Below are positions 49,382 through 58,559 of a stretch of DNA of 64,000 nucleotides, piece by piece. The translations under genes were made by a program, and so were the position numbers. The notes beneath the pieces are model-generated. The model had not been told where the DNA came from, ran no database searches, and saw only the letters and a list, made by a program, of their open reading frames with translations. The stretch lies in assembly GCA_965248815.1 (NCBI GenBank), contig CBDFKK010000008.1, positions 3,061,290-3,125,289 on the forward strand. Direction: 5' to 3'. Each line of letters starts with the position of its first letter. The stretch's first letter is position 1. The DNA is from Alphaproteobacteria bacterium (GTDB lineage: Bacteria > Pseudomonadota > Alphaproteobacteria > SMXP01).

Positions 49382-49725
49382 AGAATGTTGAGAACGGCTT
49401 CAGGCGGGCGGCCGATCGCCGCCTTGGCTCCCGACACGACAATGGGACGCTCGATCAAAATGGGATGGTCGACCATTACTTTGATCAACTTAGCCCGACT
49501 TAAACTTTCATCGGCAAGATCGTTTTCTTTGTAGGGCGCTTCTTTTCGGCGCATTGCCTCACGGGGCTCGAGCTTGAGCTTTTTCAAAATGTCATCGAGC
49601 TCGCTCGCACTTGGCGGCGTTTGCAGATACTCGACAATCTTAGGCTCGACGCCTTTGCTTCGCAGTAGCTCCAGCGTCTGTCGGGATTTCGAATAGCGCG
49701 GATTGTGAAAGATGGTAACCGCCAT
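49378..49725 (-). CDS. ArsC (R773-type, glutaredoxin-family) homolog lacking the catalytic cysteine
   Basis: IFHNPRYSKSRQTLELL...HPILIERPIVV aligns with ArsC IYHNPACGTSRNTLEMI...HPILINRPIVV. The nucleophilic Cys is Tyr here. Confidence 0.7.
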   Translation of the reverse strand: MAVTIFHNPRYSKSRQTLELLRSKGVEPKIVEYLQTPPSASELDDILKKLKLEPREAMRRKEAPYKENDLADESLSRAKLIKVMVDHPILIERPIVVSGAKAAIGRPPEAVLNIL

Positions 49726-49744
49726 CAGAGTCTCTCCATTGTTC

Positions 49745-50812
49745 TTACGAAAGGGCCGTGCCGACGGCCTCATTCACGCTCTTGAAACCGTCGCGCGCTA
49801 GGCAGTCCGCAAGGTCTTTCTTTATTTGTTGTATCAAATCCGGTCCTTGATAAGTCAAGGCCGAATAGAGCTGAACCAGCGATGCGCCGGATCTAATTTT
49901 TTCATAGGCCTGTTCGCCGGACGAGACGCCACCTACACCAATGAGCGCGACGCGGCCTTCCGTGGCGCGATAGAATTCGCGCAATACCGCTGTCGAGGGT
50001 TCAAACAGAGGCGCGCCTGACAGGCCGCCGCCTTCGCGCGCATGCGGACCGCGCAGGCCTGTCCGATGTCCGACCGTTGTGTTGCTCACAATCAATGCCT
50101 CGACGCCGCGAGACATCACTGTTTCCGAAATGTCATCAATGTCTTGAGATCCCAAGTCCGGCGCAACCTTGATAACCAGCGGGGTGGGCGAAGCTCCCGC
50201 CACACTCAGTTGCGCGCGCACATCCATGAGCGCGCCAAGCAATTCGTCAAGGGCCGTTTTGTCTTGCAGCGATCTCAAACCGGGCGTGTTCGGCGAAGAT
50301 ATGTTTACGGTTACATAATCCGCCAGCGCGTGTAGGCGGCGAAAGCCTTCGACATAGTCCGCGACCCAATCGGTCGACGATTTATTAGCACCGACATTGG
50401 CCCCGACGATGCCGGGGCGCCCGGATCGTTGTTTAAGCCGTAGCTCTGCGGCATCGAGTCCTTTGTTGTTGAACCCAAGTCGATTAACAATGGCCCTGTC
50501 CTCTTCGAGGCGAAAAATGCGTGGCCGCGGGTTACCGTCTTGAGGCAAAGGTGTGATGGTGCCGACTTCCGCAAAGCCGAAACCCATCGCAATCATCGCG
50601 TCCGGCACTTCGGCGTTCTTGTCAAAGCCCGCAGCAAGGCCAAGAGGATTGGGAAAGTCCAGACCAAAAACTTGAACCGTCAAAATTGCAGGACCCGGCC
50701 CGCGAGATTTGGCACCCAGTCCCATCGTCAGTGCACGAATGGTCAGGCTATGAGCCGTTTCGGGAGAGAATTGCCGCAACAAAGGCAGACCAATCCCATA
50801 GAGGCTCATCAA
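49745..50812 (-). CDS. pyrD: dihydroorotate dehydrogenase (quinone), class 2
   Basis: N-terminal membrane-association helix plus a TIM-barrel with the catalytic Ser region. 355 aa. Confidence 0.85.
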   Translation of the reverse strand: MMSLYGIGLPLLRQFSPETAHSLTIRALTMGLGAKSRGPGPAILTVQVFGLDFPNPLGLAAGFDKNAEVPDAMIAMGFGFAEVGTITPLPQDGNPRPRIFRLEEDRAIVNRLGFNNKGLDAAELRLKQRSGRPGIVGANVGANKSSTDWVADYVEGFRRLHALADYVTVNISSPNTPGLRSLQDKTALDELLGALMDVRAQLSVAGASPTPLVIKVAPDLGSQDIDDISETVMSRGVEALIVSNTTVGHRTGLRGPHAREGGGLSGAPLFEPSTAVLREFYRATEGRVALIGVGGVSSGEQAYEKIRSGASLVQLYSALTYQGPDLIQQIKKDLADCLARDGFKSVNEAVGTALS

Positions 50813-51168
50813 TCGTCCCCGCCTAAGTGGGAGGGAAATTGATGCAAACCGTCCTGCCCCAAGGGAAGAGGATGCACCGCGGTCACGGCACTCGTGGGAA
50901 GCACGCCGTAGAGATGAGGAAACAAGGCGCCGCCGCGCGATTCTTCCCAGCGCAACGGATCTTTCAAGAGCCGCGTATCGACCTCCAGCAAATATAGATC
51001 GTTCGCATTTGCAAAATATTTGGCGGCAGTTTCGCGCACCTGAGCCGCTGTTGAGAAATGGATAAAACCATCAGCCTCGTCAGCCGGCGAGCCCTCAAAA
51101 ACGTTTTTGAAGAGCGCTGCCGACCATTCGGCGACGGAGCAGATTTTGAAAATGATCTTATCGGTCAC
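50809..51168 (-). CDS. DUF952 domain protein
   Basis: GFIHFSTAAQVRETAAKYF...LYLLEVD...LRWEESRGGALFPHLYG is the DUF952 signature. The probable GTG start is at 51168; the long upstream in-frame extension lacks a start signal. Confidence 0.55.
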   Translation of the reverse strand: MTDKIIFKICSVAEWSAALFKNVFEGSPADEADGFIHFSTAAQVRETAAKYFANANDLYLLEVDTRLLKDPLRWEESRGGALFPHLYGVLPTSAVTAVHPLPLGQDGLHQFPSHLGGDD

Positions 51169-51217
51169 AGTGCCGGGTATAAGCCGCAAGCCGGGCGGAG
51201 GCAAGCCGCGACGATAG

Positions 51218-52024
51218 CTAATATAAGCTCTTTTGAAGCTTACAGAGTTTCTTGATGCGCTTTTTTTCGCCGGACCGAACGGCGTCCAGCAGCTCCAGCG
51301 CCCGCGCCGCCATGACTCCAGAGAAAGCGTCAGACGGTACAAGCTCTTCGATCGGGGCAAGAACGTCGCGCGCCCGGACCACATGCTCTTCCTTGCCCAG
51401 CGCTGCTAGCTGCAAGCCAAACTGATGTCGAATGGCGATGTTGCCCGGATCGACTTTCAAGGCGGCTTCGTAATAATCAATGCCTGTTTGCTCGTCAGCC
51501 TGATAAAGCCATTCAGCACTTTTTCGCCCGGCCCGATCGACGATTTCCAAATGCCAACCGCCCAGCACCGACAGCACCCAGGAATTTTCCGGCGCTACCG
51601 AGAATGCGCGATCCAAATGCTCCTTGCCGTCTCTAGCATATCCCCGGAAGTGAGCCCTGAGCCGTCCCGTGTGCCGACCAATCAACCCAAGAGACAAAGC
51701 CAGTTGAATGTTGCCTTCTACGTGATCGGGATCGAGGGAAATCGCCGCGCGCGCCGCCTGCTCAGCGCGCTCAACGTAGTCCAGAACACTTTTGTCCCGC
51801 GGCCCCGTAGTCGCAGCCGACAACAAAGACCGCGCCGCATAAGCAAACGCATCAGCCGTACCGATCGCTTCTGCTTGTCTGGCTGCCTCAATAAATGAGC
51901 CGCCGATATAAAGCGCCGCAACGTCGTCGAGAGGCTCGGCAGCCGACAGGTTCGGGAAAAGCATCACGGCAATGAAGACTACCGCAAGCAATTGCTGAGC
52001 TCGTTTGGATCGGGAGATCCACAT
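51218..52024 (-). CDS. secreted TPR-like repeat protein (hypothetical)
   Basis: Signal peptide and an alpha-helical repeat pattern. Confidence 0.45.
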   Translation of the reverse strand: MWISRSKRAQQLLAVVFIAVMLFPNLSAAEPLDDVAALYIGGSFIEAARQAEAIGTADAFAYAARSLLSAATTGPRDKSVLDYVERAEQAARAAISLDPDHVEGNIQLALSLGLIGRHTGRLRAHFRGYARDGKEHLDRAFSVAPENSWVLSVLGGWHLEIVDRAGRKSAEWLYQADEQTGIDYYEAALKVDPGNIAIRHQFGLQLAALGKEEHVVRARDVLAPIEELVPSDAFSGVMAARALELLDAVRSGEKKRIKKLCKLQKSLY

Positions 52025-52131
52025 CAGGGGGCATGGCCCTATGAAATTCAGCCAACCGAGCGCTTACATTTCTCGGCACACGCCGCAAACCTAGCAGAAA
52101 TCTGATTGCAAAATCCGTCAAGTCGCCGTGA

Positions 52132-53709
52132 TCAGGCGTTTTCGGCAAGTGCCTTGCGAATGAGACCCACGGTTTCCGGGATGCCATAGATCGCGACAAA
52201 AGACCCAAATCGTGGTCCCTGACTTTGGCCGAGCAATACTTCGTAGAGGGCCTTGAACCAATCACGGAGATTCTCGAAGGATTGCTCTTTCCCAACCGCG
52301 AATACTTCGGTTTGGATCGCTTCGGCCGTCGTTTCTCCGGCCCGCTCCAACGCTTCCAATCTAAGAGCAAGGTCTTCGAGGGCTGCTCGTTCTTCGTTCG
52401 TCGGCGCTCGGAAGTTCTTCGACGGCTTCACAAAATCATCAAAATAATTGATGGCGTAACCAACAAGCCGATCAAGTGTAGGATTGTTCTCGGGGCTGAC
52501 ATCCGAAACATAGCGTTCGATGAATCCCCAGAGAGTTTCCTTGTCGTGTGCGTTACTGGCACTCACAAGGTTTAAGAGGATTGCAAAACTTATCGGCACT
52601 TGTTCCTGCGGTACTTTCCCTGAGTGAATGTGCCAGACGGGATTAGCCGCTTGTTCTTCCGGCGATTGCTCCGGGTATTTTCCAAGAAACGTCAAATACT
52701 CATCGACGGCCTTGGGGATCACATCGAAATAAAGGCGTTTGGCCTTGCGCGGGCTTTGAAACATGTAAAGTGCAAGACTTTCCGGTGTGGCATAGCGCAG
52801 CCATTCTTCGACCGCGATGCCATTGCCTTTCGACTTCGAAATCTTCTCGCTGTTTTGATCGAGAAACAATTCGAATATGAAACTTTGCGGCGGCGATCTT
52901 CCGATCGCTTTGCAAATTTGCGAGGACAATTTGACGGACTCGATGAGATCCTTGCCAGCCATTTCGTAGTTGACGCTAAGCGCTGCCCAACGCATGGCCC
53001 AATCAGCTTTCCATTGCAACTTGCAATGACCGCCAGTCACCTTGGTTTCGCGGCGCTCACCGTCTTCGCGCTCGTAAACGATCGTACCGTCGTTCGCATT
53101 GACTTCAACCACGGGCACTTGAAGCACGTGGCCCGTATCTGGGCAGATCGGCAAGAACGGCGAATATGTTTTGCGCCGCTCGGGACCGAGCGTGGGCAAA
53201 ACGATGTTGAGCACTTTGTCGTAATGACTAAGAACTTCTAGAAGGGTTTCATCAAACAGACCGGACTTGTAGCACTCGGTCGCACTTCTGAAGTCGTACT
53301 CGAATTCGAATTCATCCAAAAAAGAGCGGAGCCGCGCATTGTTGTGGTGAGCGAAACTTTCGTGGGTACCAAAAGGATCAGGCACAGATGTCAGAGGTTT
53401 GTTGAGATATTCTTGGAGCATCTCCTGATTAGGCAAGTTAGTAGGCACCCGCCGCATGCCGTCCATATCATCTGAAAATGCGATCAGCCTCGTCGGCCGG
53501 TCGGACAACAAAGAAAAAGCGTGCCGAACCATGGTCGTGCGCGCCACTTCGCCGAACGTGCCGATATGCGGCAGGCCGGACGGGCCGTATCCGGTTTGGA
53601 AAACGACTTCTTTGTCTCCCCCACTTGCGCCAAGCCGTGTCACGAGCTGGCGCGCCTGGTCGAACGGCCATGCTTTGCTTGCTCCAGCGATGTCTCGGTC
53701 AATTGCCAT
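52132..53709 (-). CDS. lysK: lysine--tRNA ligase, class I
   Basis: HIGH-type motif PHIGT and KMSKS-like KISKSKGNG. 525 aa, typical of archaeal-type LysRS-I found in alphaproteobacteria. Confidence 0.85.
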   Translation of the reverse strand: MAIDRDIAGASKAWPFDQARQLVTRLGASGGDKEVVFQTGYGPSGLPHIGTFGEVARTTMVRHAFSLLSDRPTRLIAFSDDMDGMRRVPTNLPNQEMLQEYLNKPLTSVPDPFGTHESFAHHNNARLRSFLDEFEFEYDFRSATECYKSGLFDETLLEVLSHYDKVLNIVLPTLGPERRKTYSPFLPICPDTGHVLQVPVVEVNANDGTIVYEREDGERRETKVTGGHCKLQWKADWAMRWAALSVNYEMAGKDLIESVKLSSQICKAIGRSPPQSFIFELFLDQNSEKISKSKGNGIAVEEWLRYATPESLALYMFQSPRKAKRLYFDVIPKAVDEYLTFLGKYPEQSPEEQAANPVWHIHSGKVPQEQVPISFAILLNLVSASNAHDKETLWGFIERYVSDVSPENNPTLDRLVGYAINYFDDFVKPSKNFRAPTNEERAALEDLALRLEALERAGETTAEAIQTEVFAVGKEQSFENLRDWFKALYEVLLGQSQGPRFGSFVAIYGIPETVGLIRKALAENA

Positions 53710-53857
53710 CGAAATATTCAGAGTCCATCAAAACTATGGGCGGAAATCGCCCACTAAGCGCGCAACGTAGGGTGAGGGCGTGGTGAGGTCAACGCAGCCA
53801 GGCCGCTTGGAGCGAGACCGTGGTTGTGGCGCCGAACGCGCGCCCTATACTTCGGCG

Positions 53858-56755
53858 ATGTCGAACGATTCCTTCGTATCGGAAAGTACGCCCGACGCCT
53901 CTTTTCTAAAGGACGTGGTCGCCCTCGCCGCGAGTACAACGAAAGCTGTTTCGCTCTCAGCCGAGGGCGAGCTCCGCGACTTGGATCGACGACAAGCGGC
54001 TCAGGTGCTGACCGAGCAACCCGTCATCGTCTGCCATCACGTTTTGACGGCGCGCCGGCTTGGGCTTAATGCGCAGCCGCGGCGGTCTAACTTGTTCGAC
54101 GTGCTTGAACTTTTTGCCTTTGTTCGTCCCGCCGAGTTTTGCGTGCCGACACCGGCGGGTGTCGCATCGGCTTTGGGATTTCCTACGCCGCATGGATTAG
54201 AGGGCAATGCCGAAGCCATTCAAAAGGCAACTCACGAACTCCTCGATGAGCTATTGCTGTTTGATCCAGTTCAGGCCCTTGAGGCTTACACAGCGGCCGC
54301 GGACATGGGTCGAGGCGGTTGGTCTTGGACGCCCATTGTCCTGTCCGGTTTGCATGTCGAGAATCCCGATGAACGGTCATTGCCTAGCACTGTTCGCGAG
54401 ATGCTCGCGGGCCTGCCGGAATGGGAAGAACTTGCACCTCCAGGAGCGGCCGGTTCCGAGCCAGTTTTGTCGGAAGAAATCAGCCAGCGCCTCTCCTTGC
54501 TATTGCGTGGCGGAAAAGAAGCAGACCTCAATGAACAGAGAGACCAGCAACTTGACTATGCGCAAGCTGTCGGTGAAGTTTTTGCGCCGCGCGCACGTGC
54601 AGGCGAACCCCACATCGTGCTCGCTGAAGCCGGAACCGGGATCGGCAAGACCCTCGGCTATTTAGCGCCTGCGAGTCTTTGGGCCGAAAAGAACGGCCCC
54701 GGCCTTTGGATTTCGACCTATACCAAAAACTTGCAACGGCAAATCGATCAAGAGCTCGATCGGCTTTTCCCCGATCGTAACATCAAAGCCAAGCGCGCCG
54801 TCATCCGCAAAGGGCGAGAAAACTATCTTTGCTTGTTGAACCTTCAGGAGCAGGCCGGCAGCTTCGATGCCGTGGCGCTCGGCCTGATATCGCGATGGGT
54901 AAGTGCCAGCCGCGACGGCGATATGATCGGCGGCGATTTCCCCGCCTGGCTCGGATCGCTCGTGACGCGCACATCTGCCGCTCGACATCCGTCCGACAGG
55001 GTATCATTGGGAGCGGGTCTCACAGACCGGCGCGGTGAATGCATTTATTCGGCGTGTTCTTACTATCGCAAGTGCTTTATTGAAAAAGCCGTCCGCAAGT
55101 CGAGGCATGCGGATCTCGTCGTTGCCAATCATGCCCTCGTCATGGTGCAAGCAGCACTTGAGCAGGCGTCCAACCAAGCGCGAACGGCACCCGCCGAATC
55201 CAAAAAGAAATCAGAAAAGCTGCCGCCTCGTCCCTATCCTGGGCCCGCACGACTCATCTTCGATGAGGGCCATCACTTGTTTGACGCAGCTGACTCGGCT
55301 TTTTCAGCTCATTTGACAGGCTTAGAAGCCGCTGAGCTACGCCGCTGGATTCGAGGTCCCGAGGCACGCCGCCAGCGCGGTCGCAGTTTAGAAGATCGTG
55401 TCGGCGACCTTATCGAAGATAGTCCAGAAGCCACAGCTTCGCTAAAAGCCGTGCGACGCGGTGCGCTTGTTTTGCCAGGAGCAGGTTGGGCCAGCAGACT
55501 TGCTGCGAACCAACCCGCAGGACCCATGGAAGACTTTCTCGCGCTCGTCTTTCAACAAGTGTTGGCGCGGAACGATGAAGACGCCTACTCAACTTATGAC
55601 CAAGAGACCTCGCCCTGGCCGGTCATTGATGGAGTGTTAGAAGCCGCGCACATCTTGGAAGACGCACTTGGAGAAATTGCAAGACCGTTCGCCAAACTGG
55701 CACGTCTGTTGCGCGATCTTATCGACAACCAAACGGCAGAGCTTGAGGCACAAACCAAGGGGCGGATCGATGCAGTTGCGCGCGGGCTGGAACGCCGGGC
55801 CCAACTCCAGTTGCCCGCATGGCAGGACATGTTGCGGCGCCTACCCGAAGGGCCGGAAGAGGCTTTTGTAGATTGGTTTTCGATCCACAGGGCTTTCGGG
55901 CGTTTGTTCGATTTAGGCATGCATCGCCATTGGATTGATCCAACTATTCCCTTTGCAAGGGCCGTGATCGAACCGGCTCATGGCGTTTTGGTGACGTCAG
56001 CAACCTTGCGGGACGTGGTTCCAGAACATGTCGAAACCATTGAACCCGAATCGTCACTGACTGATTGGCAAAGCGCTGAAGTACGCACCGGCGCCGTACA
56101 TCTGCCTTTGCCGGCAAAGCGTGTGTACTTCGCTTCTCCGTTCGACTACGCCAAGCAAACGCAAATCATTGTCGTCAACGACGTACCACGCAATGACACG
56201 CGCGCGGTCGCAGCTGCGTATCGCGAAATGTTCTTAGCCAGCGGTGGCGGCGCCTTAGGATTGTTTACGGCCATCAAGCGCTTGCGTCTTGTCCATGAGT
56301 CGATCGCCGGGGATTTGGACTCATCAGGCTTGACGCTTTATGCGCAGCACGTTGATCCCATTGATACTGGAACACTGGTCGACATGTTTCGTTCGGAACA
56401 AGACTCATGCTTGCTCGGAACCGACGCAGTCAGAGATGGTGTCGACGTGCCGGGACAAGCGCTTCGCTTGATCGTCTTTGATCGAGTTCCATGGCCGCGT
56501 CCAGATATTCTTCACAAAGCCCGCAAGAAACATTTTGGAGGCTCCAAATACGACGATCTGATCACGCGGTTGCGGATGAAGCAGGCCTACGGCCGTCTCA
56601 TCCGTCGCAATGATGATCGCGGCATTTTCATCATGCTCGATTCGCGCACGCCAACACGGTTGACGACTGCTTTTCCCGAACAGGTTGAGGTCCAGCGCCT
56701 CAACCTCAACGAGGCTGTTAGCAGCGTTTCGGAGTTTTTCTCCGGGGCGGATTGA
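53858..56755 (+). CDS. DinG/Rad3-family ATP-dependent DNA helicase with an Fe-S cluster domain
   Basis: Walker A AEAGTGIGKT, DEAH box IFDEGHHL and four Cys (CLLNL...CIYSACSYYRKC) in the Fe-S insert. The ATG at 53858 is preferred over the longer ORF. Confidence 0.7.
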   Translation: MSNDSFVSESTPDASFLKDVVALAASTTKAVSLSAEGELRDLDRRQAAQVLTEQPVIVCHHVLTARRLGLNAQPRRSNLFDVLELFAFVRPAEFCVPTPAGVASALGFPTPHGLEGNAEAIQKATHELLDELLLFDPVQALEAYTAAADMGRGGWSWTPIVLSGLHVENPDERSLPSTVREMLAGLPEWEELAPPGAAGSEPVLSEEISQRLSLLLRGGKEADLNEQRDQQLDYAQAVGEVFAPRARAGEPHIVLAEAGTGIGKTLGYLAPASLWAEKNGPGLWISTYTKNLQRQIDQELDRLFPDRNIKAKRAVIRKGRENYLCLLNLQEQAGSFDAVALGLISRWVSASRDGDMIGGDFPAWLGSLVTRTSAARHPSDRVSLGAGLTDRRGECIYSACSYYRKCFIEKAVRKSRHADLVVANHALVMVQAALEQASNQARTAPAESKKKSEKLPPRPYPGPARLIFDEGHHLFDAADSAFSAHLTGLEAAELRRWIRGPEARRQRGRSLEDRVGDLIEDSPEATASLKAVRRGALVLPGAGWASRLAANQPAGPMEDFLALVFQQVLARNDEDAYSTYDQETSPWPVIDGVLEAAHILEDALGEIARPFAKLARLLRDLIDNQTAELEAQTKGRIDAVARGLERRAQLQLPAWQDMLRRLPEGPEEAFVDWFSIHRAFGRLFDLGMHRHWIDPTIPFARAVIEPAHGVLVTSATLRDVVPEHVETIEPESSLTDWQSAEVRTGAVHLPLPAKRVYFASPFDYAKQTQIIVVNDVPRNDTRAVAAAYREMFLASGGGALGLFTAIKRLRLVHESIAGDLDSSGLTLYAQHVDPIDTGTLVDMFRSEQDSCLLGTDAVRDGVDVPGQALRLIVFDRVPWPRPDILHKARKKHFGGSKYDDLITRLRMKQAYGRLIRRNDDRGIFIMLDSRTPTRLTTAFPEQVEVQRLNLNEAVSSVSEFFSGAD

Positions 56756-56850
56756 GAGAAGCCTTGAATTCCCAAGTTTTCACAACTACTTGCATCTTCA
56801 ATGCTTTCCTCTAAGAATGCGCGCGCAGCACGCCACAAAGGACTCACTGA

Positions 56851-57264
56851 ATGTCTGAAACCATCAGCCACCACGCCGCTTTAATCTACACAATGGTCGT
56901 AGTAGCCGCAGCCGACGGAAGCATGAGCGATGCGGAATTCTCTACGATCGGAGATATCGTAAAAAAATATCCTGTCTTTGACGATTTCGATGGGGATCGT
57001 CTGGTGAACATTGCTGAAGAATGCGGTCAGATCATGTCGGAGGATGGAGGTCTGCAAGCAGTCCTTGGTCTTGTCAAAGAGGCAATTCCTGAAAAGCTTG
57101 CGGAAACCGCTTATGCAGTGGCGGTGGATGTAGCAGCGGCGGATTCAAGAGTCCCGCAGGAACAACTACGCGTCTTGGAAATACTGCGCGATACGCTGGA
57201 CATCGATAGGCTTTTTGCGGGTGCCATCGAACGCGCGGCGCGCGCAAGACACATGAGGGCATAA
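56851..57264 (+). CDS. TerB-like (tellurite-resistance TerB family) domain protein
   Basis: AALIYTMVVVAAADGSMSDAEFSTIGDIV is a TerB-type helix with conserved acidic positions. Confidence 0.6.
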   Translation: MSETISHHAALIYTMVVVAAADGSMSDAEFSTIGDIVKKYPVFDDFDGDRLVNIAEECGQIMSEDGGLQAVLGLVKEAIPEKLAETAYAVAVDVAAADSRVPQEQLRVLEILRDTLDIDRLFAGAIERAARARHMRA

Positions 57265-57317
57265 CTAACCGTCGTCAAAAGCCACGCCTTGCTGAGCTCG
57301 TTAATGCGCCACAACAC

Positions 57318-57857
57318 TTGAAGAAAAGAATGAAGATAGTTCTTGTGCTACGCCATGCAAAAGCAAAACGCTCTCATAGCTCAGGGACAGATCATGCGCG
57401 CCGCCTCAATACACGCGGGCGCGATTCGTCTTTGCGCATCGGCGTATACATGCACGATCAGGGATACAATCCAGACATAACAATTACTTCGTCCTCCGCG
57501 CGCACTATAGAAACGTCACAAGGTATCGCAGAGGCGTTTGGCGGTGAATTAAAGGTCTTGTCGGAAGACGCGCTCTATCTTGCCGACCCGGATCGACTAT
57601 TGAAGACATGCCAAGCGCTTGACAATGCACTGGCATCAGTTCTCCTCATCGGTCACAACCCTGGCATGCACGAATTCGCATTATCGCTTGTGAAAAATCG
57701 GGAAGATCCACTTGTTCGAAAACTTCTTGGATCATTTCCAACATGCGCGTTGGCTGCATTTCGCTTTGACACCGATTATTGGACGGGCGTCGCGCCGGCA
57801 GAGGGTCATTTGCTGGACGTCGTGTTTCCTCGCGAAGTGTCGGAAAACCACACTTAG
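57318..57857 (+). CDS. histidine phosphatase superfamily protein (SixA-like)
   Basis: VLRHAKA (RHG-type motif) and LIGHNPGM. Confidence 0.65.
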   Translation: MKKRMKIVLVLRHAKAKRSHSSGTDHARRLNTRGRDSSLRIGVYMHDQGYNPDITITSSSARTIETSQGIAEAFGGELKVLSEDALYLADPDRLLKTCQALDNALASVLLIGHNPGMHEFALSLVKNREDPLVRKLLGSFPTCALAAFRFDTDYWTGVAPAEGHLLDVVFPREVSENHT

Positions 57858-57860
57858 TTT

Positions 57861-58490
57861 TTACGGCCCATCATTGCGGTTGCGCTTGGATACAGCTTCG
57901 TTGACTTCTCGTTGATCGCGCCAAGCCTTCAAGTCAGACCAGCCATAGCCCATTTCTCTTAAGTCCTCACCCCAGTAACGAGACATGCGCTCGGCTGCGA
58001 GTTGACCACCAATAGCCGTATAGAAATGCCGATTTGGATTGTCAGCCAGCGCCCAAATGATCGCCGAATTCATATTGATCGAAATAAGCTGGTCGAAAAG
58101 CTTTCGAATGAGCGTGCGCCCAACTCCACGATCGATGAAATTCGGAGCGACATAGAGCGCATAAACCTCGGCGCGATATGACATCTGCCAGTCCCGCGAC
58201 GGGCCGCCATCGCCAAATCCTACAATACCGGCTGTGTCATGTTCCGCCACCAAGATTGTGCCGCTCTTGGAGGACGAGGCCAAAACGGCGCCAACCCTAT
58301 GGTGCCAGGATCGCATGAGACGGTTTGCGGATAGGCCGAGCAAAACGCGATTGGGCAAAACGCCTGCATAAGTCTCGCGCCACGACTCGACGTAGACTTC
58401 GGCGATGCCGCGGGCATCCTTTAAAGCAGCTGACCGTACTTCAATCACCTCTCGCGCTCCCAATCCGCTCAAGTCTAGTCCAAAGCGCAC
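57861..58490 (-). CDS. GNAT family N-acetyltransferase
   Basis: Acetyl-CoA binding motif VAPNFIDRGVGRTLIRKL. Confidence 0.7.
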   Translation of the reverse strand: MRFGLDLSGLGAREVIEVRSAALKDARGIAEVYVESWRETYAGVLPNRVLLGLSANRLMRSWHHRVGAVLASSSKSGTILVAEHDTAGIVGFGDGGPSRDWQMSYRAEVYALYVAPNFIDRGVGRTLIRKLFDQLISINMNSAIIWALADNPNRHFYTAIGGQLAAERMSRYWGEDLREMGYGWSDLKAWRDQREVNEAVSKRNRNDGP

Positions 58491-58559
58491 GGCAATAAAA
58501 ATGGCAGACGCGCCGCGCGCGCCTGCCAGTGAGAGGGAAAACGGCTTTTAGAATAACTC

